From NCBI GenBank assembly GCA_051382305.1, contig JBBCAV010000413.1, forward strand, positions 1 through 31,466: 31,466 nucleotides of DNA, read 5' to 3'. Below are positions 8,997 through 17,745 of this stretch, piece by piece. Source of the stretch: Bdellovibrionota bacterium FG-2 (GTDB taxonomy: Bacteria; Bdellovibrionota; UBA1018). A model generated the notes under the pieces. That model did not search any database. It was not told the DNA's origin and worked only from the letters and a program-made list of their open reading frames with translations. The position numbers were made by a program, and so were the translations under genes. The first letter of the stretch is position 1, and the number at the start of each line of letters is the position of its first letter.

Positions 8997-9863
8997 ATGA
9001 TACGTCAAGAAACCGACATGACCTTTGCCAATTGGTTACTGGATTTCAAATTAAGGCGACAGGGCTTCTCAAGCCAACGCGAACCCCTCGCCCATCGTCA
9101 GATACACTACTATTACAAAGCCGGCGCCCATCCTGAGCTGCCCCCCTTTGTTCTGGTCCACGGTCTTAGTGCAAACGCCGGGCATTTTCACGAAGTTGTG
9201 GGCCCCCTTTCGCGCGCTGGGCATTCAATGCTTCTCCTCGATCTACCTGGCCATGGGCAAAGCTCAGACCTCACTGAAACAATGACTCCCGAAACGCTCT
9301 ACCAGGCTTTTATGGAATTCATGAACCGCAAGCTGCCCAGGCCTTTTATCCTAATCGGCAATTCATTAGGAGGCGCCTTGAGCTGGCGATACGCTTCGGA
9401 AAATCCTGAGCGCATATCACGCCTTATTCTATTGTCCCCTGGCGTAGGATTTGAAGGGATCGATTCTTGGAATCAACTTCGCGAGTTTCTCGATATCACT
9501 TCTCACAAGAAGGCCCGGGCAATGCTCAAGCGAACCTTCTATCGTCCGCCGTTTTACTATCCCCTTTTAAGCTCATCCGTCATTCAAGCTTTTCGTCGCA
9601 AAGGGATTCAAGAACTTCTTGCGCAATCCCGTCTTGAGGATTTGCATTTTCCAGATGGATTAACGTTGTTTCCTGGCAAAACCCTGCTGAGCTGGGGACG
9701 CGCGGACAATTTTCTGCCGCGAGAAAATATTGAGAACCTCAAGAAAGTCATCGGCCCTAATGTTGTAGTCGAAGAGCCAGAAAAACATGGGCACTGTCCA
9801 CAGTTTGATGATCCAAAAGGGCTGGCGCTAAGGATCCGGGAGTTTTCTGGAGACCCCCCTTGA
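8997..9863 (+). CDS. Alpha/beta hydrolase (lipase/esterase family)
   Basis: LVHGL, DLPGHGQS, nucleophile GNSLGG, WGRAD and catalytic His in HGHCP. An alternative start is ATG 9018. Confidence 0.92.
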   Translation: MIRQETDMTFANWLLDFKLRRQGFSSQREPLAHRQIHYYYKAGAHPELPPFVLVHGLSANAGHFHEVVGPLSRAGHSMLLLDLPGHGQSSDLTETMTPETLYQAFMEFMNRKLPRPFILIGNSLGGALSWRYASENPERISRLILLSPGVGFEGIDSWNQLREFLDITSHKKARAMLKRTFYRPPFYYPLLSSSVIQAFRRKGIQELLAQSRLEDLHFPDGLTLFPGKTLLSWGRADNFLPRENIENLKKVIGPNVVVEEPEKHGHCPQFDDPKGLALRIREFSGDPP

Positions 9864-10374
9864 ATACGTCCGGGCCTTTGCAGAATCTACAGGATTGGAG
9901 AGCTGCTCATTTGACGAGGTCACCGCTGGCCAGTGCTGGCATTGGTTTGATCAGGAGGCTGCCCTGAGAGAAATTCGGAGGCTATTGCGTCCGAACGGGA
10001 TGTTATTCGTTGCTTACTTTGACTGGCTAAGCACCGAAGGAAATCCAGTGGAAGTCATGTACCGGCTTCGGCACAAATATAATCCAAACTGGAAATCGAT
10101 CTGGCCGCTTGGCTTTTACCCTTGTATGCCAGGTGATCTAAAGTTTGCGCAATTCACTACTGTTCATTCGTTCGTATACGAAGAGAATGTCCCTTATACC
10201 CACGAAGATTGGCGAGGGAGGATGCGCGCCTACGCCGGCATAGGTGGAAGCCTTCCGAAGCCCCTAGTGGAAGAGTTCGATCATGAATTTGCGGCTGAGT
10301 TAAGAACCAAGTTTCCAATCGAACCCATGCTAATTCCGCAAAAAATTTAGTCTGAAGCTTGGAGAGTTGGATAA
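9862..10374 (+). pseudogene. 5'-truncated class I SAM methyltransferase fragment
   Basis: AESTGLESCSFDEVTAGQCWHWFD...LRPNG is methyltransferase motif II onward. Motif I (DxGxGxG) is absent and there is an in-frame TAA at 9829. There is also a possibly premature TAG at 10348. Confidence 0.7.
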
Positions 10375-10555
10375 TGGCCTCCGAAACACTACCCAATTGA
10401 CCGGATTTTCTCAAAAAGGTGATGATTGTTGACGTCGGTTTTTGCGGCCTCCGGCTGTACGACATATCTCAGGCGAGCCCGGCAAGACCATTAGCTTTAA
10501 TCGTTTCCGTGCGCACATGTAATTTGGGGCGAGAATCAGTGCACGTGTACTCCAC

Positions 10556-10891
10556 TCACGGCCATTCTGTGATCTGGCCGGGGATAGGGCGAATCGGCTG
10601 AATTGCCCACTGTCTCTCAAATTCCGTCAGGTAAGCGGCCTCCCGAGATTGAGCAATTCGAAGGACGATAACTGCCAGTTCGGGATAGGTCTTTAGTGCT
10701 CGTCCCGCCGATTCCCCAAAGAGGCGATCCCGAGTGAGGATGGCTCGGAAGCCGGAACTGAAAGCAGCCTCGGCCAATTTTCCGTTGCCCAAGTCGCGCC
10801 AGCCGCGGAATGCCGTCGTTTCAGATTCTTGCCCCAATGCCTGCAAGACTCGTCGCAAGCCGTTCGGGAGGTTAACGTCAAGCAGCCACAT
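10556..10891 (-). CDS. DUF5615-family PIN-like toxin
   Basis: MWLLDVNLP...ILTRDRLF signature. Overlaps the upstream DUF433 gene. Confidence 0.8.
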   Translation of the reverse strand: MWLLDVNLPNGLRRVLQALGQESETTAFRGWRDLGNGKLAEAAFSSGFRAILTRDRLFGESAGRALKTYPELAVIVLRIAQSREAAYLTEFERQWAIQPIRPIPGQITEWP

Positions 10892-11105
10892 CGGGTTTGT
10901 CCGTTACCTCAGCAGCAAATTTAAGAACTTCAGAGATGCTCTCATTGGGAAAATCCGAATAATCGTGAACGATCTCCTCGTGGCTCATACCCTCCGCCAG
11001 GCAGCCGAGAATAAATGAGACGGTAAAGCGAGTCCCTCGAATCGTAGGTTTTCCACCGAAACGGTCGGGGTTCCTTACGATCCATTGATAGCCTACGATT
11101 GCCAT
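10878..11105 (-). CDS. DUF433-family antitoxin
   Basis: IVRNPDRFGGKPTIRGTRFTVSFILGCLAEGMSHEEIVHDY. Start is ATG 11105 (SD AAGGA) or ATG 11123. Confidence 0.88.
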   Translation of the reverse strand: MAIVGYQWIVRNPDRFGGKPTIRGTRFTVSFILGCLAEGMSHEEIVHDYSDFPNESISEVLKFAAEVTDKPDVAA

Positions 11106-11392
11106 ATCGTGCGAATCCTTCATACAGGTCAAGTATAACCTAATTTTCGAATTATTGCGAGTGGTCGGGTCCACTCCCGGTCCACTCTTACTTATTGCAA
11201 ACGAGCTTCAGCGCAGCATTTACTGAGCGCGTTACTCACATGAATCACATTCCGAGGTAATCGGGCCGACTTCATCCCACCCTAAGGGATGTTTTTTTGA
11301 CACTAGATTGTCGGAAACGAGAGGTCCATTAAAGCGTGCAATTGTCGCGCATCCTTCGCACTAAGCCACCTTGAATTCTAACGGTCAGATCC

Positions 11393-13081
11393 CTACATAT
11401 CCAACACGATCGGCAGCACGATCGGCTTCTTACCGATGTTTTGACCTAGATAACGGCGTAATTCCACGCGGACGGTTTCTTGAAGGTCTAGCTCCGGCAC
11501 ATTCGTCCCAATCGTATTCTCATATCTTTCGATCACATCCAAAGCGATGTCTTTAGCCTCATCGAGCAATACTTCCTCAATCTCATCACTCGCCAAACCG
11601 CGCGCAATCACCTCAGGTCCGACGATCACTCGCCTTGTTTGTGCATTGCGAACAATCAAAACGATGACGACGCCCTTTTCGCCGAGATGTCTGCGCTCCT
11701 TCAAAACGAGCCGACTCACTTCGTTTCCGTCGCGCCCTTCAACCAGCACCCGCTGCTCTTCGATGTGCTCCACGATCTTCAGAGAATCCGGCAAAAGCTC
11801 CAGCACATCTCCGTTGACGGCCAAGACGACATTGTCAGGCGCAACACCAGCCTCCCTACCCACACCTGCGTGATGCACGAGATGTCGGTACTCCCCATGG
11901 ACGGGCACAAAGAACTTCGGTCGCACGAGATCCAACATCTGCTTTAATTCAGGGCGCGTGGCATGTCCTGAGGTGTGAATGTCGTGCACCGATTCATACA
12001 AAACTTCGGAGCCCTGCCTAAAAAGGTCATTAATCATCCGACCAATCGCCTTTTCATTACCCGGAATAAACTTCGAACTCATCAAAACGAGATCACCTTT
12101 TTGAAGTTTAATCTGGGAATGATCGCCTTGCGCGATGCGCGTCAGCGATGAGCGATACTCGGCCTGCGATCCCGTCGATACGATGATAACCTCGTGGCGT
12201 GGATATTTATTTACATCCGCCATCGGAATTAGCACCGCCTCCGCGCCCTTCAAATATCCCGCTTCCGTCCCGAGCCGGGTATTGGTTTCCATCGAGCGCC
12301 CCGAAAGCGCGACCTTCTTGCCTAGCTTATTGGCGAGTTCCAAAATTTGCCCGACCCGCGCGACATTTGAGGCAAACATCGCTACAATCGTCAGCCCCTG
12401 AGCTTGAGAAAAGAATTCTTCGAATTTCGCGTAAATTACACTCTCGCTCAAACTGTGCTCGTGGCGTTCCACATTGGTGGAGTCGGACATCAGAAGCAGT
12501 ACGCCTTCGTCTCCGGCTTGCGAAAACTTTTTTACATCCGTCATCTCACCAATATAAGGCGTGGGATCAAACTTAAAGTCTCCGGTATGGATCACCCGCC
12601 CCACGGGAGTTTCAATAATCAGCGCTGAAGCATCAACGATACTGTGATTAACAGCAACCGGATGAATTTCAAAGCTTCCCACCCTAAAGCTATCCCCGGG
12701 GCGAAAAGTCCGAATCTCGACCGAGTCCGCCAGCGTATATTCCTTGAGCTTTTCCCGAAGAAGAAGAGAGGTAAACGTAGAGGCAAAAACAGGCGCATTA
12801 AGCCCAGCCTTCAAGGCGAATGGAAGCGCCCCAATATGATCTTCATGGCCATGGGTAATGACATAGCCTTTGAGCTTGTCTTTGCGCTCCTGAAGATAGG
12901 TAAAATCGGGGATCGCGAATTCGACCCCAAAATGATCGAGATCTGAAAAAAGAAGGCCGCAATCCACGACGATCATATCGTCGCCGTGTTCCAGGACCAT
13001 GCAGTTCATTCCGATTTCACCCAGGCCTCCTAAAGGAATAATCCGAAGAGGTCCGCTTTGCATACTGGTCGATCCGCTCAC
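11393..13081 (-). CDS. rnj: Ribonuclease J
   Basis: PLGGLGEIGMNC, THGHEDHIGA, HTGDFKFD, TGSQ, HTSGHA and PVHGEYRH motifs. Confidence 0.96.
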   Translation of the reverse strand: MSGSTSMQSGPLRIIPLGGLGEIGMNCMVLEHGDDMIVVDCGLLFSDLDHFGVEFAIPDFTYLQERKDKLKGYVITHGHEDHIGALPFALKAGLNAPVFASTFTSLLLREKLKEYTLADSVEIRTFRPGDSFRVGSFEIHPVAVNHSIVDASALIIETPVGRVIHTGDFKFDPTPYIGEMTDVKKFSQAGDEGVLLLMSDSTNVERHEHSLSESVIYAKFEEFFSQAQGLTIVAMFASNVARVGQILELANKLGKKVALSGRSMETNTRLGTEAGYLKGAEAVLIPMADVNKYPRHEVIIVSTGSQAEYRSSLTRIAQGDHSQIKLQKGDLVLMSSKFIPGNEKAIGRMINDLFRQGSEVLYESVHDIHTSGHATRPELKQMLDLVRPKFFVPVHGEYRHLVHHAGVGREAGVAPDNVVLAVNGDVLELLPDSLKIVEHIEEQRVLVEGRDGNEVSRLVLKERRHLGEKGVVIVLIVRNAQTRRVIVGPEVIARGLASDEIEEVLLDEAKDIALDVIERYENTIGTNVPELDLQETVRVELRRYLGQNIGKKPIVLPIVLDM

Positions 13082-13704
13082 AGAAACGACTCCTCGGCTT
13101 CGAACTGAACTCGCTCTTTAACCCGGGCAGCGACCACTTCAGCAGCGATGTCGGTCTCTTCGCCGACGACCAAGTCCGCGTAGCCGCGCGTAGGCTCTAA
13201 ATACTCATGATGCATGGGTCGGACGGTATCGTAATACTGCCGAATAATGCTATCAAGAGTTCGCCCCCGTTCGCGCACATCGCGATGGAGTCTTCGAATA
13301 AAACGAATATCAGACTCGACATGAAGATAAATCTTCACATCAAAGAGGTTACGAATTTCAATATCCCAAAGAGTAAAAATCCCCTCGAATAAAATCGTCT
13401 TGCAAGGTCCCACGAGCTTGGTTTCGACCAAGCGCCGGCTCGTTCGAAAATCATAAACGGGAACGGCGACCTGCTCCCCTGCCTTGAGCCGGGTCAGCTG
13501 TTCTTTTAAGAGTGGCCAATCAAAGGCATCGGGATGGTCAAAGTTGGGTTCCCCGTGCACACGCAAGTCTACGGAGGGAGAGGGTAGATAATAGGAGTCT
13601 TGATGGAGCAAAACGACGCTCGGATCGTTTACCCGCTGCATGACCTTATGACCAAACGTTGTTTTGCCTGAGCCTGAGCCCCCGGCGATTCCGACTAAGA
13701 ACAT
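13078..13704 (-). CDS. udk: Uridine kinase
   Basis: GIAGGSGSGKTT, NFDHPDAFD and RRLHRDVRERGR motifs. Confidence 0.95.
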   Translation of the reverse strand: MFLVGIAGGSGSGKTTFGHKVMQRVNDPSVVLLHQDSYYLPSPSVDLRVHGEPNFDHPDAFDWPLLKEQLTRLKAGEQVAVPVYDFRTSRRLVETKLVGPCKTILFEGIFTLWDIEIRNLFDVKIYLHVESDIRFIRRLHRDVRERGRTLDSIIRQYYDTVRPMHHEYLEPTRGYADLVVGEETDIAAEVVAARVKERVQFEAEESFL

Positions 13705-13728
13705 GGCATCCCCACTTAGATTAGGAGT

Positions 13729-15021
13729 CTATTTTTGTTTGGGCTTACCATACTTCCCCAGTCTTTGCCCTCGAACTTTATAGATATCTGGAATCTGCTC
13801 ATAACCCGCTAAAAACACCCGCGCAGCGCTCTCTGGGGTGGCGGGGGGAGCTTCACCGGCAGGAAGCGGAATGCGAAGTAAATAACCGGCGGGTAAGAGC
13901 ATTCTCCCTGTAAAAACAGCATCTTTGACCCCTGGATTGAGACCATCCAAGGCTTTAAGATCAAGCCTTAAGAACTGAACCAGAACACGGACATCCAAGG
14001 CCCGGGGAATCTTAACCTCATAGGCGGGGATGGGGGAATATCGCTCCACCGGGCCAAAGTAGCGATCGGCGTTTTTTTCAACCTCCAGGGCAGCCAGAAA
14101 CTCTGTAAAGAAGTTGGTGCTGGCAAAACCAAACCTACGACTTCGATAGTCCTCGACCAGGTCCTCAAGATCTTCGGAACCCACCTTCTTTACGGCTCGC
14201 TCCATTCCCATCAATCCATGATTATAGGCGGTCACAGCCAAAGGCCAGTTTTTGAGATGTTCGTAATTCATTTGTAGTAAGCGTGCAGCAGCCTCTGTCG
14301 CACGGATCGGGTCATTGCGTTCATCGACTGCACTATTTATTTTTAAAAATAGCCTTCCGGTCGAACGCATAAACTGCCAGATTCCGCTGGCGCCAACTTT
14401 TGAGCGCGCATCCACGTTGAAACTACTCTCGACAAAGGGGAGGCGGGTCAATTCAACGGGCAGGCCCGCAGCCTTAAAAACTTGCTCCATTTGAGGAAGA
14501 TACCGCCCAGAGAATTTCAACCCTTCCATGAAGCGATCTTTTTGCCCCAACTGCATGCGAATCCGTTTTCTCTGGGTAGCATTGACGAACTTGTCGGGCT
14601 CGTCAATGTCGGCGAACATTTCGAAGACCCGGCGCTCCTCATTGGTTAGGTTTGTTGGAAACTTTTCTTTGGCTTTTTGTTTCTTATGAATACTGAGAAG
14701 AATTTGGGTCCATTTTCGCTGGGATTCCTTGAATCGCTTTCGGCGCTTTTTGGGGGCCTCTTTCGCCTCGCTCCGGAGGTCGATTACTTCATAGATGCGA
14801 TCAATATATTTGGAATCATGAATCACTCCCTGGTAGGTTGAATACTGCGAGTAGATCCGAACCCAGAATTGCACATTCTTCTGGAGTCGCTCATCCACTC
14901 GAAACGGACTCTCCTGCTTCGGCTCTTCTGAAAAGACCGCTGTGGACAGAGTGAGCCCAATGACAACCGAGAAAACCGCGAAAACAAAGACACTGGGAAT
15001 GAAAAATTTAAGAACCTTCAT
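13729..15021 (-). CDS. MltD-like lytic transglycosylase (SLT domain) with N-terminal signal/anchor
   Basis: LPFVESSFN..ARSKVGASGIWQFM, DERNDP and AVTAYNHG motifs. Likely start MKVLKFF at 15021. Confidence 0.9.
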   Translation of the reverse strand: MKVLKFFIPSVFVFAVFSVVIGLTLSTAVFSEEPKQESPFRVDERLQKNVQFWVRIYSQYSTYQGVIHDSKYIDRIYEVIDLRSEAKEAPKKRRKRFKESQRKWTQILLSIHKKQKAKEKFPTNLTNEERRVFEMFADIDEPDKFVNATQRKRIRMQLGQKDRFMEGLKFSGRYLPQMEQVFKAAGLPVELTRLPFVESSFNVDARSKVGASGIWQFMRSTGRLFLKINSAVDERNDPIRATEAAARLLQMNYEHLKNWPLAVTAYNHGLMGMERAVKKVGSEDLEDLVEDYRSRRFGFASTNFFTEFLAALEVEKNADRYFGPVERYSPIPAYEVKIPRALDVRVLVQFLRLDLKALDGLNPGVKDAVFTGRMLLPAGYLLRIPLPAGEAPPATPESAARVFLAGYEQIPDIYKVRGQRLGKYGKPKQK

Positions 15022-16546
15022 GTTGCTGTCTAATCGTAGCACTGTTTTTTTGAGCTTTCTTATACTTCTTTTTACTCTTTTTCTTGGATGCACCCGCCCG
15101 TCTGAAAAACGAGATACACTTCGCATCCTTGTCGATCAAACCCCGGTGACGCTAAATCCCAGAGCCTCGCTTGATGCATCAGGGCAGAGGCTAATGGGCT
15201 TATTTTTTCGGGCGCTGACTCGAATTGACGCCAACCTGAACCCTCAAGCTGATCTTGCGCAATCATGGCAAAGTCTGGACGCGGGTCACAAATGGAAATT
15301 CACGATCGCAGCGGACGCAAAAGATCACGCCAGCCAAACGATCACGCCGACTAGAATTGCCGCTTGCCTGGAGCAATATCGAATCGGTGACCCGCCCGCT
15401 CTGATGCGCGGTGGGTTTCCGAATTGGATTAGTACAACGGCGGATTCAAATTCTGTAACCTTGGAGTTCAGCGCCCCCAATCCCTATCTTGCGAGAGACG
15501 TCACGGTACTTAAGTTTTTTCAAATCCAAGGGGAATCTTCTCCCTGCACTGAACCCAAAACCGCAAGCGTCGTCATTGGAAGTGGCGCCTATTTTCCCAA
15601 AGATTGGGCGCTTAATCCTCAGAACGAAATGCTTGCACTCCCCACTGACAAAACAAAACTGCCCATCGGTTTTGTTTTCACCCTCGATGAAAATGCGAAA
15701 TCCATTAAGCTTTTGCGCGGAGAAGTGGACGTCGCTCAGAACGCCCTCTCGCTGACGAAAACGGATTGGGTCGCTCGCACCCGAAGTGAACAGTTTCGCT
15801 TGATTGAGCGCCCCGGCGTGCAAGTGAGCTATCTGGCTTTTAACTTCAGGGACCCTATTCTCGCCAAAAAGGCGGTTCGCCTGGCAATTGCGCACGCAAT
15901 TAACCGCGATGAATACATCAAAAATAAACTCGCAGGGCATGGCTCAAAGGCCGGAAGTTTTTTGTCCCCCTATTTGGAAGAGAGTGCCCCGAGTGATTTT
16001 AGTTATGATCCCAAACTTTCCGAGCAGCTTTTGGATGAAGCGGGTTACCCCAGAGGCGATGACGGAACTCGCCTCCACCTCAAGTATAAAGCCACCCCTT
16101 CGCGCGAAGGGATTGATACGGCGCTGGTCTTTAAATCGATGTTGGGCAAGGTGGGAATTGATCTTACCGTTGAAATCGTCGAGCCTGCGGTCTTTTTTGC
16201 GCTTATACGAAAGGGTAATTTTCAGCTCTATTCATCGCGGTGGATCGGGATTTCTGATAGCTCCATTCTGTATCGAACACTGCACTCCAAGAGTCCCAAT
16301 AACCGGGTAAAATACGCCAACCCCGAGATCGACGCCCTCCTAGATCAGTCACGCACCCTCGTGAGTCTTAGCGCACGAAAGCCCGTGATTGCGAAAGTTC
16401 AAAAAATAATGGCTGAAGAACTCCCCTATTTTCCGCTGTGGTTTTGGACCAACATTGCCATCGTCCGAAAGGATCTCAAGGGCTTAGAAGACGGGCAGAT
16501 CTCACTGAGCGGGAGTTTGGTTCCGCTGACGGAGTTGAAGTGGTAG
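15020..16546 (+). CDS. ABC transporter family-5 (peptide/nickel) substrate-binding lipoprotein
   Basis: Lipobox FLGC, PQADLAQSW, VRLAIAHAINR and YDPKLSEQLLDEAGY. Likely start is ATG 15020 (alternative 14999). Confidence 0.9.
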   Translation: MLLSNRSTVFLSFLILLFTLFLGCTRPSEKRDTLRILVDQTPVTLNPRASLDASGQRLMGLFFRALTRIDANLNPQADLAQSWQSLDAGHKWKFTIAADAKDHASQTITPTRIAACLEQYRIGDPPALMRGGFPNWISTTADSNSVTLEFSAPNPYLARDVTVLKFFQIQGESSPCTEPKTASVVIGSGAYFPKDWALNPQNEMLALPTDKTKLPIGFVFTLDENAKSIKLLRGEVDVAQNALSLTKTDWVARTRSEQFRLIERPGVQVSYLAFNFRDPILAKKAVRLAIAHAINRDEYIKNKLAGHGSKAGSFLSPYLEESAPSDFSYDPKLSEQLLDEAGYPRGDDGTRLHLKYKATPSREGIDTALVFKSMLGKVGIDLTVEIVEPAVFFALIRKGNFQLYSSRWIGISDSSILYRTLHSKSPNNRVKYANPEIDALLDQSRTLVSLSARKPVIAKVQKIMAEELPYFPLWFWTNIAIVRKDLKGLEDGQISLSGSLVPLTELKW

Positions 16547-16638
16547 GTCGCTACTTATTTCAGATAGCCTTTATAAATGGCGGCACGATATCCCTCGCAA
16601 TTTGAATGTGTTTCATAGAACAGCACCATGGTAATTGC

Positions 16639-16665
16639 TCAAGAATTTCCCCCAAAAGACGATAA
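16639..16665 (+). promoter_or_regulatory. Putative sigma28 (FliA) promoter
   Basis: TCAA-N15-GACGATAA, 25 nt upstream of ATG 16691 (SD GAGGAG). Confidence 0.6.
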
Positions 16666-16690
16666 GTCAACGGAGTGACGAGGAGATCGG

Positions 16691-17733
16691 ATGAAAACAA
16701 TACTTGGATTAACATTGCTCGCCCTGATTGTTTCCCAAAATGCGATGGCCACGCCGCCAAAGAAGAAGCCCACTGCGACCAAAAGCGACTCCGCCAGGTT
16801 CTACGATTTTGCGGAACAGACGATCAATGGGGAGGTCCATCAGCCTGGAATTTCCTTGCTCGAAGGGCGTACGAAGGTCAAATTTGAATGCGAAGAATTT
16901 GAGGAGGATCTCGAGCAATGGCGAAAATGCATGGAAACGAGCTTCTCGGGATTTAGCGCTAGCAAAAAGAAATGCTGCGAGGGGAGCCCAGGGGAACCAC
17001 TGTTTTGCGTAGACGATCGCATAAAATACAAAAGCGTCGGCAACAAAATTAAGTCGATTGAGGCGGGCTCTGCGAAAGTGGTTTCAGACTTTAAAGATGA
17101 GTGGACCCCATCGTGTTAGGAGCTTCATAAAAAAGCAACCGCCTGGGCAATCTGTATTTCGGACAAATGCAGGGGAGATCGGGTTATGTACCAGGGGATT
17201 CGCTCTACAATGTAAAATTTGTGAAGCCCTATCCCTTAAGGGATGAGTCCCAAAAGTATTTTGGAAGCTATTTTCGAAACGGTCACCCGGTAGGTGAATA
17301 CGACAGTGCCCCTAACCACGACCCCAAATGCCGAGCTGTGTATTTTCTTTCGATTCAACCCATGAAATCCGCCCCAAAAAAGGCCTATGTTTCAAATCCG
17401 GTTTCGCCCGCTACGACCCGTGCCTCTGATGATCCAAGGCTTGGGAAGTTTCATCACTCAATTGAAATTGGTTTGCATGGCGGCGCAGAGGATCCGGAGG
17501 GACGAATTACGTGTGACATCTACTCCGATTCAAATAAATTTGTATGGAATGAGAAGCACGTACAAAAAGCCTTCGGAGCGGGAGTGCTCAAACTCTTCCG
17601 AGTCCCTCAAAAGGTCGAGGATCAGTCCGCCAAGAATGCCTCCGAGACAAATAGCGAGATAAAGAATGTGCAGCCCGATGCCGCGGCCGATGAGCCGGCG
17701 TATGTTTTGATTCCGACTCGGAAGGCAGAATAG
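16691..17733 (+). pseudogene. Secreted protein with CglF/GltF-like motif and C-x9-W-x2-C modules, split by TAG 17117 and a frameshift near 17165
   Basis: Signal peptide followed by FYDFAEQTINGEVHQP. The motif CEEFEEDLEQWRKCM recurs across the stop as C*ELHKKATAWAICI. Adding one A at gacaaatg joins it to ORF 17167..17733. Confidence 0.6.
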
Positions 17734-17745
17734 CTTTTACCTTCT

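Noticed and set aside
11161-11190. Direct repeat GGTCCACTC x2 as a possible attachment-site scar beside the TA pair
   Set aside because: No tRNA, integrase or matching copy at the other side of the patch.
10348-17119. TAG stop-codon reassignment suggested by apparent premature TAGs at 10348 and 17117
   Set aside because: Core genes (romR, rph, SBP, rnj) end at TAG in the expected positions, and no conserved gene has an internal TAG.
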